Positions 17,232 through 36,817 of a DNA stretch of 64,000 nucleotides are shown piece by piece. Within the stretch, counting starts at the first letter, position 1, and every line of letters starts with the position of its first letter. The translations under genes and the position numbers were made by a program. The stretch lies in the NCBI RefSeq assembly GCF_009914755.1, contig NC_060925.1; one strand, 5' to 3'. Below the pieces are notes generated by a model that saw nothing but the letters and a program-made list of their open reading frames with translations, was not told the DNA's origin and did no database searches. This stretch comes from the human T2T-CHM13v2.0 reference genome, Homo sapiens.

Positions 17232-18629
17232 TAACAAAAATATTGAAGTGAGAGAGAGACAAGAGTTAGAGTAACACTCATTTGTGAAAGGTAGTGAGAC
17301 CCTGTCTCAAAAATAAGGAAAGTTTTTTTTTTGAAGGGGGGAGAATTTGAAGGTATTATTAAACACTAAAATCATATTGATATTTTGAATTGGCTCATTT
17401 GGAGACAAGATAAATGGAAGACGTTTTGAGGTTCAGTGGACTTACAGGGGACATTTAGAGGTACATGAATCTTGTTTCAGAGTGAGGACAGCTATCAGAA
17501 TTTTTCTGTTTCAGTCTCCATTGAAGTTATTTACTTGTAAACATAATTTCTGAGTCTTTTATGACTTTGATCTTCTGGTGTTATATTTTAAGTGGGCTTG
17601 TGGGTGTTTTATATGTATGTTTGTGTTGTACATCTCTGGAAAAGTGATAGAGTGGAAGGAAGAGTAGTAGTAGAATAAAATTTTAAATGAACCGATTTAG
17701 GTAAATGAATGGACCATGAGGCACAAGTAATGTTCTCATGGTACCTGTTGAAGTTAATATGGAAATGGATTTGGTGTAGAATGCATTTAAGTTCCCATCT
17801 ATGAGTTGGGGCTTGCCATTTCTAGAGTAATAGAAATTCAGAGCTGGATGGGACAATATATATTGTCTTACCCATCTCTTAATGGATGAGGGTACTCAGG
17901 CCCAATTTAGGGATGAGACTTAGAAGTCTAAGTTTAATTACTTAGCGTAATTACACTAGCATAAGTAGACTTTGGAATGGAAGCCAGCTTTTCTGATTCT
18001 TAGTCTAGTTTTGGATATGAACAATCTAGTAAAGGAGGGTTGTTTTTGAGTCTCTTAAGTGTGATTTAAGAAAATAATCTGTTTGGTTTGAGAGCTTAAC
18101 CACATTCATTCAATTTCTTTGTTCCTGTTTTTAAGAACCGACTTTCCTTTAACTGTCATCTCCCTCATGCCCTTGCTTCTCTTCTTTACATTTAAATAAG
18201 CTCTGGAACAATCTGTTAAAACATAAGTCAGAAAATCAGAGTAGGTACCTAAAAGTTAAGTAGGGCTGGTCTTAAAATGTGGCATTCTTCTCCTAGTTGG
18301 AAAGCTTTGCTTTTCTTTTTATAGATATCATTTAATTTTAAAATTTTTACTGTAAATTGACAGATTATAGTTGTATATGAAAGCATTGCTTTTCAATTGT
18401 AAATTAATTCTAAAGACTCCAGAATTTGTGTTGGGTCTTTTCCCATTTAGCATTGTTAAACCTCCCATTTTCACAAATAACTTCGTACAACCGATATTAG
18501 CATATGCTTTACTGAATTTGATAAGGGTTTTATGGTCTATTTACATATTAAGCATCTTGTTAAAGAAGATGTCTTAGATCATGCAGTTTGTGCCCAATAA
18601 CATGAATTTTACTCATAAAATTCCCAGCT

Positions 18630-18978
<349 letters not shown>

Positions 18979-19462
18979 TTATTTCTCTCAAATGGGCTTG
19001 TTTATAACAAGGCTCATCTTTTCTAGGACTCTGAAAGGAAGAAAGGTCATGGATCTAGGATATTTTATTTCTAGATGAAAAGGAAATGGTCTATGAAGAA
19101 GTAGTTTCTTAGGAATCAGATTGAATGTTGAGGTAGACCACTGTCTGAAAAGTTTCAAACTTGAACAGGTTCATTTTGTGTAGCTAGAGGACTCTGCTCC
19201 TGTGACACCTCTAAACCTTCTCTGGCTCTTTATCCAGGCTGCTGGGGTAGAGCAGAAATCTCAGAACACATCCTTTGTCTTTTTCCAGGAATCATTTAGC
19301 TCATGCAAGGACTGGTTGGCAAGATTGGTTATATAAGGATGATGGATGGACTAAGGGACGATTAAGTCTTAGCAAGGAAACACTGCCTTAGCTTAAGAGT
19401 TGTCCTGTCCCATTTTAACTCTCTCCTTGCACACTAACAGTGTTGTATTTTTTTGTTTTTAG

Positions 19463-19564
<102 letters not shown>

Positions 19565-20616
19565 TGATCTTTAACAGTTGCTAGTTGTCTGTCTCTTGTG
19601 GACATTTTGAGAAACTAGCACATGAGCAAAGTACTTGCCTTTTGTTATTAGTTAGCAGGATTGAATATAATGATTGTCGATGCTTGACCAAGGAGCAGTC
19701 CCAGACCTGGGTTGGCAAATAGGAGTTTGGAGTACCCTGGGTGAACAGTGTAGTAGATGAAGTAGAGTGAGACTGGAGTGCATCATACAAGCTCCAAATT
19801 GAACTAAAATCCTGATGCGTGCACCTTGCAGAGAACTGGGGACTGCATTAGTGGTTGGGGAGGGACTAAGGGAATGAATTCATAGGAATCATGCCCACTG
19901 ATTCTCTCCCTTCACCCCTACCTGCTCCTTTTTAAAGCCTAGAGTTTCCTAAATATGCCTAAGGTTATAAGGTCATAAGCCATTTACAGTATTTATTATT
20001 ATTACTCTCTTGATATTTGAAGGCGTATTCAATTTATGTGTCTAATAACATGTTTAGTTTCTTACGATAGATAGCTTATTTTAAACTGTATCTGAAAATA
20101 TTTTGAGAGTGAACTATTATCTGCTCACAGTATTGACATTTGTCAGCTATCCAAATTGTAAGAACAAATTACTTTCTTCCTTAAATGTACCTAATTCCTC
20201 AGTGCTATTTCTTGTTTTCAAGAGTGGCTGCACATCTTAATTTCTGACTTTTCTCTATGTGCCGTCTTATTATCAGCTCAGTTAGCCAGAGGAAAATCTC
20301 AGAAAGATATCCTTTAGAGTATCTTTAGAATGTAGGAATTCAAAACTTTGTGCTTTGAGTTACTGTTACTGTTTGCAAGTTAACATGTTGCTTCCATGGA
20401 ATGTGGTGTTACACTGTGTACCACGAGGAACTATTTGGATTTAATTGAGAACGTGAAATGGAGAGACAGTAAAGATTAGAGAAATTTTTAATACATTAAA
20501 ATCATAAAAGTAATGGTATATTAAATTTGGAATATAGAGAAAACAATGACCCATAATGTCATGATAAATGAGGGGTTTTCTTCTGTGTTCATTTGTGTCC
20601 AAAGGCACAGAGAAAA

Positions 20617-20980
<364 letters not shown>

Positions 20981-21061
20981 TTATTATTTATAAGCCTTTA
21001 CATTTTCTGGCGAGTACTTTTGAAAGCTTTTTTGATGCGTAGTGCAATAAAAATCATTTTA

Positions 21062-23400
<2,339 letters not shown>

Positions 23401-23609
23401 GTATTTTTATTATTTTGAGTATCGATTAATTCTTGCTAAATTTGTTTTCTAGGCTTTATCAGTTTCAGATACCGGTCTTATATACACGCATTAACTAAAT
23501 ATGTGAACCTCTGTTTGTAGTCATGATGGGCAGTGGATTTTGTCATCTGGGTTTCAGTGAGGTTTTTCTTTCCTTAGATGATTTCACTGTGATTGTTTCT
23601 TTACCATAT

Positions 23610-23871
23610 CTGAGATGGAGTCTCACTCTGTCACCCAGACTGGAGTACAGTGATGCCATCTCGGCTCACTGCAACCTCCGCCTTCTGGGTTCACGTGATT
23701 CTTCTGCCTCAGCCTTCCAAGTAGCTGGGATTACAGATGTGCACCACCACACCCGGCTAATTTTTATATTTTTAGTAGAGATGAGGCTTCATCATGTTGG
23801 CCAGGCTGGTCTTGAACTCCTGACCTCAGGTGATCCGCCTGTCTCGGCCTCCCAAAGTGCTGGGATTACAA
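23610..23871 (-). mobile_element. Alu lacking its tail and extreme 5' end
   Basis: Alu body with no poly-T tract. Confidence 0.88.
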
Positions 23872-24186
23872 GGATTGATTTTTAACCATTTCTGTAGCAA
23901 GAGTTTATTATTACATTTATTATTGGGTTTCTAATGGACACAAAGATTGAACACCACAAACTGGTAATAAAAGCAAATAACATAATAGTAAATTCATTGC
24001 TGTTCTGAGTGCTTGAAGTTTGTAGAATTAGCTGATTGAGAATATTGCCCACATATTATATTACAAAGCCATACATTTTATTAGATAAGTAAGTTGCTTT
24101 TTGAGTAATGACCAGCATGCTTTTAACACTTTGAGGACACCAAGATTCAGTTGCTGAATTCTCTCCAATATTTTTCTTTTTTCTAG

Positions 24187-24296
24187 GGCAAGAGGATTAT
24201 GACAGATTACGACCGCTGAGTTATCCACAAACAGATGTATTTCTAGTCTGTTTTTCAGTGGTCTCTCCATCTTCATTTGAAAACGTGAAAGAAAAG
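24187..24296 (+). CDS. CDC42: CDC42 exon 4 (110 nt)
   Basis: ttctAG acceptor; (G)[36 protein letters not shown] (switch II); donor GTAAGC. Confidence 0.99.
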
Positions 24297-24416
24297 GTAA
24301 GCTGATCAGATACTCTTGCCCTAAGAAGATCATCTCAGAATTTCTACTGACCTGTTATAAATAGCATTAGAGGCTTGTTGATTAACAAAGGTGTATTTTA
24401 AAATACCTTTTTTTAG

Positions 24417-24626
<210 letters not shown>

Positions 24627-27600
24627 TGAAACCCCATGTGTATTTATGGTCGAGTCATTTATTAGAGCATTAGGATACAGGAGTTATTTCTAACAGTGAT
24701 CAGCAGTGCTCAAAGATGCCCAGCAAGAATATGAACAGCTTCATATTGTATGTTCTTTTGTTAGAGGCCTCTGTGTTTTTTGGAGAATATTATTAGTTCC
24801 TAAACCCCTTGTGTTGGTAAGCTCTCGTATTGTACTGAATGATTCGTAGTGGTCAGGGTTGTGTTAAAACAAAAACCTTACAGGAAAGGTTCAGATAAGC
24901 ATAAACTTGCAAGAGACGATGTGAATGATTTTTTTTTTTTCTAAACACTTAAATTTTCATCTGAATATGTCTGATCTTTTCTTGCCAATTCTGACAATTG
25001 ATACTATACTGTTTCTTGGGCAATTCAACCAGGATAGGGAATTAGTCATAATAATTGAGACTTTAATGTCAAAGAAGGCAGCCATGGCTATTTCTGCCAC
25101 AGTTCTCAAGCGTGCTTTATATAGTGTCTCTATTCCTATATTTTTGGAAGTATTCCTTCCTCATGCATTCCGGCCGTTTTTGAGTGATTTAATTGGAACT
25201 CCTTTTGTAGTTTGATGGGAAACTCAGATTTTGAAGATAGGGAGCAATGTTAGGGTATTTGGAATGGGACTTGTAACTGATGTGTATGGTTTAAACTTTT
25301 TCACCTTCATGATATCGCTGATTCCGTCCTTTGAGTACTGTTCTGGGGGCAAAGGAAAAGGTTATGGAAATAATTAGCACAAAAGTTTTATGTTCTACTG
25401 GTACTGGTGCTTTGAAGTTTGAACACTGAGCAGACATGCCTAATAGGGCAAGATTGAAGGGTGGAGGTTTCTAATAATTATATTAAACTCATTATATTTA
25501 TGCTTATGTTTTCAGGTAATTCATTCATTTTTATTGTGTTTCTAAAAAACACTATTGGATTCTTAACTACGTGTATACTAGGGTAAATGGCATATATGAT
25601 TACTTATTACATATGCACTAGGTATTTAGTTTATAGGGCCTAGTGCATAATTTAATAGTAAGTTTAGTACTTGGTTGGATATTTACAGATAAAACTTTTA
25701 TGCTTAACTGGGATATCCCTCAAAATAACTTCGAGGCCTAGTATCAGATGATTTAAACATAATCTTCTAATCCTCGTTTTTTTGGGCAGTTTAGTGCTAT
25801 TATAGAAGCAGTTATTTAAAAGTTTAGAAGATTTTACACCTTCTCATGCATAGCAACTGTTTTGAGAGTTTTAAAAAATGCCTGGTGCTTCTCTGTGTGT
25901 TTTAGTAACATTCCCAGAAAAGTGTGCCTGTGTGTGTATATTGGGGGAGACAAGGGAAAGTCATGTGTGAAACACTCATGTCCATGTTAGACACTAATTC
26001 TGTGTGCTTCTGATGCATACCTCTGTTCTCTAGATATGGGTTGCTTTGAGGGAAGACACATAGGCCCTGTGGATTCACTTTTAGGTTACTAGTGATGCTT
26101 TAGATAATTGGATGCTTTTAATGTAAGATTTTTACAGTATCAACAGGTGTATATAGTAAATCCGTTTGTAGAGAGTATGAAGTTTAAAAGGTCTTAGCAG
26201 GTACATTTTTCTTACCAGAGTTTGAAGTATGGAGAAGTCAAAAGAGGGGAAGTTAGAAAATGGGGTCTGTGGTTGTGTTTGGGAGCTAGAACTTTGAGGC
26301 TTACAGATTCTGTTTGTTGATTCCTCTAAAACTAAAGTCTTAATATAAACAGATGGTGGTCAAGCAAAGATTAGTTTTGTTTCATAGAGCATTTGTTGAT
26401 CTTCGTCCATGGTAAGCAAGAAAGGAATTCCTTCTTGTTAAGGGATACACTCCAGTTTCTAATAGTCCTCCTCCTCTTTTTTTCCTTATAAAGTATATTT
26501 CCCTTTCTGTACTCCTTCCTTCCTTTTATATTTTACTGCCAGAGTTGGTTCCTAGATGTGCAGAAAGAATTGCAGTGGAATTTTAACTTTTATGTGGCAT
26601 TTCTACTTTGTAAATGATGTAGAAAGAGGAAGGCTTTTTAACTTTTGCTGCTTTTAAAGAATTTACTGCTGTTTCTGATTTATTTTGTGTCTAATGTGAC
26701 ATGTGGGTACCAGTCCTGTGGGATGTCATGGATGGGGGCAGGGTGGAGGTGGGAACACTTGGGGTGGTCTGGGGTTGGCACTTACAATTGGAGCTGTGTT
26801 CTGGGACTTTTAGGACATATTTACTTGGGATCAAACTGATCAAACTAAAGAACATGTGAAACAACCTTGGGTGGTAAACTTGTGGCTTCAGATTTAGGTG
26901 ATTTTAGGTGAGTCTGTAGACCTGGGTCCTAAGTGCCACCAATGCTGAGTCACACTGTCATGTTGGAGTTTCTGGCTGAGGTGTAAGTGTATTTCTGTAT
27001 CTTAATCCCCGTAAGATCTGAGAATATTCTTCGTTTTCACTCCATGCTTTATGCTCTGATACCCATGCAGACATCTTAAAGCACTGGACTGCTTGCTAAA
27101 ACTCATTCTAGGACCCCATTCTTTGTTTTCTTATGACTTGGGTGGTGGTTACTTGCTCTAATAACATTGCTGAATAACTGAAGTGTATGCTGTTTCTAGA
27201 GTCTGTTCTTTAAAGTCCTTCTAGTTGGTACTGTTGCACAATTAACACTTTTTAAATGTCTGAACCTTTCCGTTCTGGGAAACCAGTTTACTCTGAAATC
27301 TTGATTAATCACATTCAGATATGTCATTGAACCTAGAAACACATAGCATGCCTGTTAGTCTGCTATTTGTGTCCTTCAGTTATTCAGGGGCTGAATTCAC
27401 ATAAGCCTGAAATTGTAATAGATTTATTTCCAAAATGTGTTAGAAGTCAACATATTGCATTTTAATAAAAATTGCTTTCCTGCTCAGTTAACCTTGCTTG
27501 AGGTGAAGTTTTTGGTCAGTTATCTACTCTCCTGGTTATAATGGGCTTAAGATCTAGCATTCTAGCGTTTTTCTTAAGGCACATTGCTTCTGTGAATTCA

Positions 27601-27690
27601 GCTCATTTAATCCGGACTGCTGTTGTACCTGCTAGTCTTTCTAATCCTCTAACCTGGCTGCTATTCTCTCTCCTCCCCTCTGTCTTGTAG

Positions 27691-27780
27691 AGAGGTCTGA
27701 AGAATGTGTTTGATGAGGCTATCCTAGCTGCCCTCGAGCCTCCGGAAACTCAACCCAAAAGGAAGTGCTGTATATTCTAA
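27691..27780 (+). CDS. CDC42: CDC42 alternative terminal exon, brain/palmitoylated isoform (ends CCIF)
   Basis: CU-rich tract then AG at 27689-27690; [29 protein letters not shown] followed by TAA; gives 191 aa. Confidence 0.98.
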   Translation, partial: RGLKNVFDEAILAALEPPETQPKRKCCIF

Positions 27781-28555
27781 ACTGTTTTCTCCTTCCCTTC
27801 TTTGCTGCTGCTTCCTGTCCCACTACTGTAGAAAGATCGTTTAAAAACAAAGGAATAAAACCATCCTGTTTGAAAGCCTCTGCGTCTTTTTACTCACCAC
27901 CTTAGAGCAACCTCTGTATTAGTTTTTGATCAAGAATGCAATATCATATAAATTTTTTGTGATCAGTAGTCAAGTTGGACTTGTTTTAACGTTCTGCTGC
28001 TTGAGTTGCCTGATGCTCAGAGCTTTTTGGTTTGGATTACTATTGCAAAAGGGAACTTGGTCTGGCTTTAAGAATGTCCTCTTGGAGAAAATAACAAGAG
28101 TTTTAACACTTCTAGATCTTAGTTCTAGATGGAGAAAGTAACACAAACATCATTTTACTCTTATGATCAATTGTTAATTGTAATTGCATGACAAACCTTA
28201 TGGAAAAGGGGTGACCTAGTAGAGTGTAATGGGGAAGGGAGGATTCTTTTCTGGTTTTCCTTTGTGCGGTGAAACTTTGTGTTGCTGTTGCTTTGGCTGT
28301 CTGTGCTGTAGTGGAGTATTTGTCAGTCTGGGGTGGGGAAGATATTGATGTATCTGCTACTGCTTTATGAGTTCATTTGTTACATTATCTTTTAAGAATA
28401 ACATCCATTTAAACAGTTGACTTACAGTTTGTTAATGCTGAGATGTAAAGCTGCCACCTTTATATTTTCCTGCTTCTGATTTTATTGTGAGGGAAATATA
28501 CAATTGTGGTTACCTTCAAATTTTGAAATTAAAAATATACAACCGTTTGTATAAA
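27781..28555 (+). other. CDC42: 3' UTR of the CDC42 brain isoform (end approximate)
   Basis: Follows the TAA; AATAAA at 27854-27859 and ATTAAA at 28528-28533; free of repeats. Confidence 0.7.
28528..28533 (+). terminator. Poly(A) signal ATTAAA, brain isoform
   Basis: Variant hexamer between the two terminal exons, with U-rich flanks. Confidence 0.6.
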
Positions 28556-29136
28556 TGCCTGATGAAGCTTTATTCCTGTTGCACTGACTGGCTCTAATTT
28601 TACGTATGTATCAGGTACCCACATTTTTGCTCCCTTGAATCTCCTTGACTCTGTCTAACTGGTGGGATAAAGGGAGTTCAAAGTGACTATCTTTGCAGCT
28701 ACCATAATCACCCTCTCTCTCTCTTTGCCTGTGCCTTCCATAGAATAAGGATGCCACTGACCCGTGCCCGTCCTCTCAGTCCTCTGTTTCATATCCAACT
28801 GTTTCATTTGAATGCAGAGCTGCTTCCCTTGTTTTTATGTAAAATGTTTCAGCAGCACATTACAAAACTCATACTGAATGAGCAAATGACACATGTGCTT
28901 GTTTGCTTCTTGTGACATACATTGGTCTGCGCAAAGCTTTCTCAAAGGACCACTGTCTCACTCATGAATATCTGCTCCTCTGCTCCTGAATTGCTGAATC
29001 CTTCCAGTGCCCTGGACAAATCTTGGTGAAGTGAGATTATTGTGTTGAGATTCAGGGTTGTTTTTAATGTTTCTTTCTTTGCCAACTCTTGGGGGTTTGA
29101 ATGTTTTAAATTTGAACTCCAACTTTATTATACTGA

Positions 29137-29265
<129 letters not shown>

Positions 29266-29498
29266 ACATCTCTCCAGAGCCCTTTCTGCACAGCTGGTGT
29301 CGGCATCATACTAAAAGCAATGTTTAAATCAAACTAAAGATTAAAAATTAAAATTCGTTTTTGCAATAATGACAAATGCCCTGCACCTACCCACATGCAC
29401 TCGTGTGAGACAAGGCCCATAGGTATGGCCCCCCCCTTCCCCCTCCCAGTACTAGTTAATTTTGAGTAATTGTATTGTCAGAAAAGTGATTAGTACTA

Positions 29499-29570
29499 TT
29501 TTTTTTTGTTGTTTCAAAAAAAAAATTTTTGTGTGTGTGTTTTTTTTTTTTTTTTTTTTTTTTTTGTTGT
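29499..29570. repeat. Compound simple repeat (T-run, A10, (TG)5, T26) in the CDC42 3' UTR
   Basis: Read directly from the sequence. Confidence 0.9.
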
Positions 29571-30672
29571 TTAAAAGCAAGGCATGCTTGTGGATGACTC
29601 TGTAACAGACTAATTGGAATTGTTGAAGCTGCTCCCTGGTTCCACTCTGGAGAGTAATCTGGGACATCTTAGTGTTTTGTTTTGTTTTTTTCCCTCCTCT
29701 TTTTTTTGGGGGGGAGTGTGTGTGGGGTTTGTTTTTTAGTCTTGTTTTTTTAATTCATTAACCAGTGGTTAGCCCTTAAGGGGAGGAGGACGGATTGATT
29801 CCACATTCCACTTCCTAGATCTAGTTTAGAAAACATGTTCCCCATCTGGTGCTCTTAGGAAGGAGTATAGTAAATGCCTCATTTAATAACATACTCCTTT
29901 TTGAAAGTTGCCTTTTCTCTCCACCCTTGAGTAGATCCAGTATTTGATGAAACTCATGAAAGTGGGTGGAGCCCATCTTGCCCCTCCTCTTTTCTAGGAC
30001 GCACTATATGTGACTGTGACTTTCAAGGACATTTGTTTGCCATTTGCTGATTTTTTTGGGAAGTTAATTTCTAACTTCTTTCACTGATAAATGAAGAAAA
30101 GTATTGCACCTTTGAAATGCACCAAATGAATTGAGTTTGTAATTAAAAAAATTTTTTTCCCTTTCAGTCATTGTCTTATATGCTTAGCATAGATTTGCAG
30201 CTCAGTAGTATATGGTGTTCCTAGAATGCAGCTGAAGACCTGTTATGTAGAGGAAATACGAGGGGTGGTGCTAGAAGACAGACATCTGTGGAATGATTCA
30301 CATCCTCTCAAGTTAGGAGGATGGAGGCCTGCTTCATTAAGAAGCTGGGGGTAGGGTGGGGGTGGGGAGAACACTTAACAACATGGGGACCAGTCAGGGG
30401 AATCCCCTTATTTCTGTTTTGCATATGAGGAACCCTAGAGCAGCCAGGTGAGGCTCTCTAGTTTAATAAAAATCATGGAAAGACTCTTAATGCAGACTCT
30501 TCTTAAGTGTTAATAGGGATTTTTTCAGCTTATTTTGGTTGCAGTTTCCAATTTTTAAAAATGTTGAGGTAATCTTTCCCACCTTCCCAAACCTAATTCT
30601 TGTAGATGCATTAGTGTTGAACCAATGCTTTCTCATGTCTCAATTCTTTGTATATGCATTCTTTTCAGATGT

Positions 30673-30678
30673 ATTAAA
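30673..30678 (+). terminator. Poly(A) signal ATTAAA, ubiquitous isoform
   Basis: Hexamer preceded by UGUA elements and followed by CA dinucleotides and GTTGTTATTTT. Confidence 0.7.
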
Positions 30679-31998
30679 CAAACAAAAACCCTTCACAAGC
30701 CAGCCTGAGGGTTGTTATTTTCCCTCCGTCTCTTACTTTTCAGATATTGAGGAGTGGGAATTTGACTCTTGATAACATCAATTTCTAACAAACTTTGGGA
30801 TAAAATTTTAAAGCTTTATTATTTTTATTTTCTGGCATTTTAGTTTGAGATAATATTTAGCCCTCTATATGTTCAGGTTTGTGCTTTCTCCTCTAAGTTT
30901 GACCCTTCCCTTAAATACCAAGTAGGTCCATAATAATTCTTAGTGAAGCAGTGTTCAGGAAGCTCACTGCTCATGGTGGAAGGAAATGTCAGTGTACCTT
31001 TAATCCATAGATCATTGGAAAGCAGCTCATTTTCCCCCAAGTTTTCTGCATCAGTGGTTCTCCAACTGGAGTGCAGCTTGAACAATGTGATTTTTAAGTT
31101 TTCCAGGCATTTCTAAAATGTAGCCAAGTTTGGGAATCACCACACCTAGTTGGTTATCTCAAACTACTACTATCAGAATACAGGTTCTGTGCTGCGAATC
31201 TGAATATGGGATACATTTTCTTTAGGTAGCAAGAAAGGTTTATTTACCTTTAGGACATTATACTGATCTGCATGAGAATCTTAGAAACTAAGAACCCTTA
31301 AAATCAGTTAAGGTTGGTACACTGTGGCCTCATTTTGATAGTTCTCTGCATGGAGTCATGTTTGGCATGATTTGCATACTGTGCTAGAATTAAGCTGGGT
31401 TGGTTGAGAAGGGGTTAGGAAGAGGCAGATGTAAGCTTTAACAGTTCTAACCAAGAAATGCATCTTATTTATTCCTTGTTGACTATACTAGGGAGAGATA
31501 CCTGGATCATGTGATACCCTGGAAAGCAGGGACATATGTATCCTTAGTGTAGTCAGGGGCGTATAGGTCCTTGACTATTGCTATATCTTTGTCCTAAAGC
31601 AATGCTTGACATGATATGGCTCTAGAAGTAGTCATTGGATGGGTATATTATTTTATAAATGAGTAAGTGAAATAAAGCAGGTCATACAGTTGTGTCAACG
31701 AATTATCCGTGTATCAGAAGAACAAGGATGATGGGGATTGATTGAAGCTAATGTTTTCTTAAATATTTTCAGATTGATTTCTGCATGTCAGAAGAACTTG
31801 GGTAGCAAGTGGATGCAGCTTAGGTTTTCCATTTAAATATTGTTTTCTATTTGACGTAACAAACTTGCTTATAGTCGTGGCTTAGAAGGTGAGTGATATT
31901 CTCCAGGGAGTATGATTTAGAGGCTGGAAAGGGTTATTGAAAATAGTCCTTACAGGCTTAGTTTGTGTCAGAATTTATAGTATTTAATACGATGTTAA

Positions 31999-32362
<364 letters not shown>

Positions 32363-33039
32363 AGAAATAGATTTTATAGTTAAAGCGATGTTCTTCAAGC
32401 TGGACTTTATGCCACAAGGGGAGTGTATTCTAAAGGGGAAGAAAAGGATTGTGGTTTAAAAGAACAATTGTAATATTTCCTTCATTCTGAGGTGTATTTT
32501 TCTCACATTTTCATATTGTAATTAGGATACCTGTTAACATTGGTGTACATTTAATGTAGTAGTACTTTTTCTCCTTTTGCCCTGCAAGTTGTCACTAAAT
32601 TTGTGCTATCATAATTGTTACCTTCATAGAATGCTTAAATAGTGGTACTTCTTTGACTTGTTAGGTTTGGACTATTTTCCTTTTCTTCTTCCATTTGTGA
32701 GGTAAATTAGTGGTTATTTTGGTGCTGGGTGCTAAGAAACTCGCAAAACAAGGGCCCTGCTCAAGAAGGATTGAAACTTAGTCCTTGCTGGGTACAAATT
32801 TAGAAATTTGTTATATAACTGTGGGGCAAGGGACAACATTTCACCAGGAAGTAGCAACTCCATCATCTTTCAGGAAGGGCTGATGGTTAGGGCATCTCTG
32901 AATGATTATTGGAGGGAAGTGGCTTTATGTCACACTTGTTTTCTGTAAGTCTTACTCTGTATCTACCCGACTTCAGATCATGGTGATTTAATTACATGGC
33001 CCAATCATGTTTTCTTTCCAGGGCTGCTTGAATGCTTGA

Positions 33040-33347
<308 letters not shown>

Positions 33348-33510
33348 TTAATTACTACTATGAGTCTTTTTTCAAAGTGCCTCCACCTTAAAAAAAATTC
33401 CTTATTTTATTCACTTGCCAGAATAATGTTGCATTTGAACCATGCCAACGGTAGCTTATTAAAACAGCATTTATTTTTCTCATTCATGGGTCAGCTGAAC
33501 TTGTCTCTAG

Positions 33511-34024
<514 letters not shown>

Positions 34025-34997
34025 TATTCATTCATTCTTACAGTGAATTAGTAAATTCAACAAATAGGTTTTTTAAAGCAATTAAGGCACTGAGGATATA
34101 CAGAGAGTAAAATAGATGTCTCCTGACTTCTACTTGGAATTTTCTTTCCCTTACAGTTTTGATAGCTGCTTTCTCTTGAATAACTATGTCATCTCTTTCC
34201 ACTTTGCATTGCTCCCAAGAGAGTAATGTAAAAGTTTTATCTGTGCATGCATATTCATGACACATTCATTTGTCATTATTTATCAAAAACCTGTTCCCTT
34301 CCCTGGCACTGGAGACATTGGAGAATGACAGTCTCAAGCAGTGCAGAGATGTAAGCAGGCAGAGGTAAGGACTTTGGTCTCAATAGCCTACAGGGTGCTT
34401 CATCCACTCACTGTATTCTGTGTGCCTGTGCCGCGGTGCAGGTGGTCAGTTGGAACCCCTGATGGGTATCTGGGCCACTGCCCAGGCCACACAGAGCCTT
34501 TGTGCAAATTAGAAAAGGCCCTTCCAAAGATACTTTATGAACGACTTGTAATAATTTAGTGATTTTATTTTCCAAAGCAAGGCATTTGGTTGCTACCTGC
34601 TAGAACTGTTACAGTAAATACACAGATCTATTTTGTGAGCAAATAGTACTGCCTTGGATGTGGTACCCTTGTGCAGTGCACAACTTGGACAGTTCATACA
34701 CAATGTTGTATTGAGATGATTGTTATTCTACATTGTATTTATTTAGATAGTGGGATTGAAAATAGGCTAAGATGGAGAACTGGGTGGGGAACAATTTGTA
34801 ATCCTTTTTAGTTCATATGTCACAATCACAGAATTGAGACTAGCTAGTTTAAATCCCTGCATCTTGCACATGGTGAGGAAAGGTGAGGACATTTAGATGA
34901 CCTTTGCCTGTCACCACACAGCTGTATGGTAGCAGAGCTGGGCGTGAAACCTGCATTCCTGGCCTCTCCTTTTGTGGTGCTTACAGTGCTGTGTTAG

Positions 34998-35306
<309 letters not shown>

Positions 35307-36455
35307 TGAAATGTGTATTCTTAAGTCCGCCTTTCAAAGTTGAGTACTGCATTCTTGCGGCTCTACCTAAGTTTCTCCTAGAATCTCCCTGCACTTCTTG
35401 TTTTGCTGCCATCAGGTAATTTGTGCATTAGAACTAGCTTGGAACAGAATGGGTAAACTTCTGTGAAGTTAGACACTTGCCTCTTAGAGGCATATCCAGT
35501 GAGTCTTTAAAGCCCTACGTTATAGAAAAATGTGAAGTATGTCTAATAAAGGAGTACAGTGGAAGGTTTAAAAGCACATTGCTGATTAGTGGGGTCAGGA
35601 TGGGAGGAGAGCCCTGATTTTAATGCAGTGTCATAGTCTCATAGGTGATTTCCCCAAAAGCAAATAAATGCTCGATGGATTTTGGGTCCACCATGCATCT
35701 CTGAAGTAGAAGTGACAGATTTTCAAGGCTAAGGTAAGTATAGCATTTTCTCAACCCTATTACAATAGAGCACAGGATCATAACTGTTCTGTTTGCTCTG
35801 ATGCGTCCCGCAGAGCAGTGCTTTTTCTCGGTGTGAACTGTGGATCACTTGTCTCAGTCATCAGGATTCCTGGACCCTGTAGGATTTACTCTCAATCTTT
35901 AGGGGTAGAGACTAGGAGCCTACATTTTGAACAAGCATCTTTTTATTTTGATGAAGTTTGCATTATTACTCCTAACAACGTGCCCTTTGGCAGGTAGCTT
36001 CCACTTTTCTGGCCTCATTATCTGTAAAATTGCATACTTAGTTATCATTGAGGTCTCAAATGCAGTTCGGGTTCCTGGTTGGTGAACAATTAGATGGGAA
36101 GGCTGAAAAAAAAAATACTCCTGAGATTCTGAATCTGTAAGTATGCAATGGGACCTGAGAATCAATCTAATTTCTAAAAGATTCCCAGATAGAACTTTGT
36201 TGAGCTATGTTTAGGGACCAGTGCACACCTTGGTGATAGAACCTTTTTGAAACTTTGAAAAAGTTAAAAGGGTTCTGTGTAATGTTACCTAAGAAGCTTA
36301 TTTTTAAAAAAGGAAAGCAGTGCTTAGGGCCATATTGTTTTGAAATAGGATCTGAGCACCATTTAAATTTTTATAAATTATTTTTTAGAGGCATCACTTC
36401 TTTAAAGCCCATCAGATTAATGTGCCATTGGTTTGAAAACCATGACATGAGATGA

Positions 36456-36817
<362 letters not shown>

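Larger units (their letters stand above)
29266..30698 (+). other. CDC42: Main 3' UTR of the CDC42 ubiquitous isoform (end approximate)
   Basis: Follows the TGA; AATAAA at 30465-30470 and ATTAAA at 30673-30678, with U/GU-rich sequence downstream. Confidence 0.8.
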
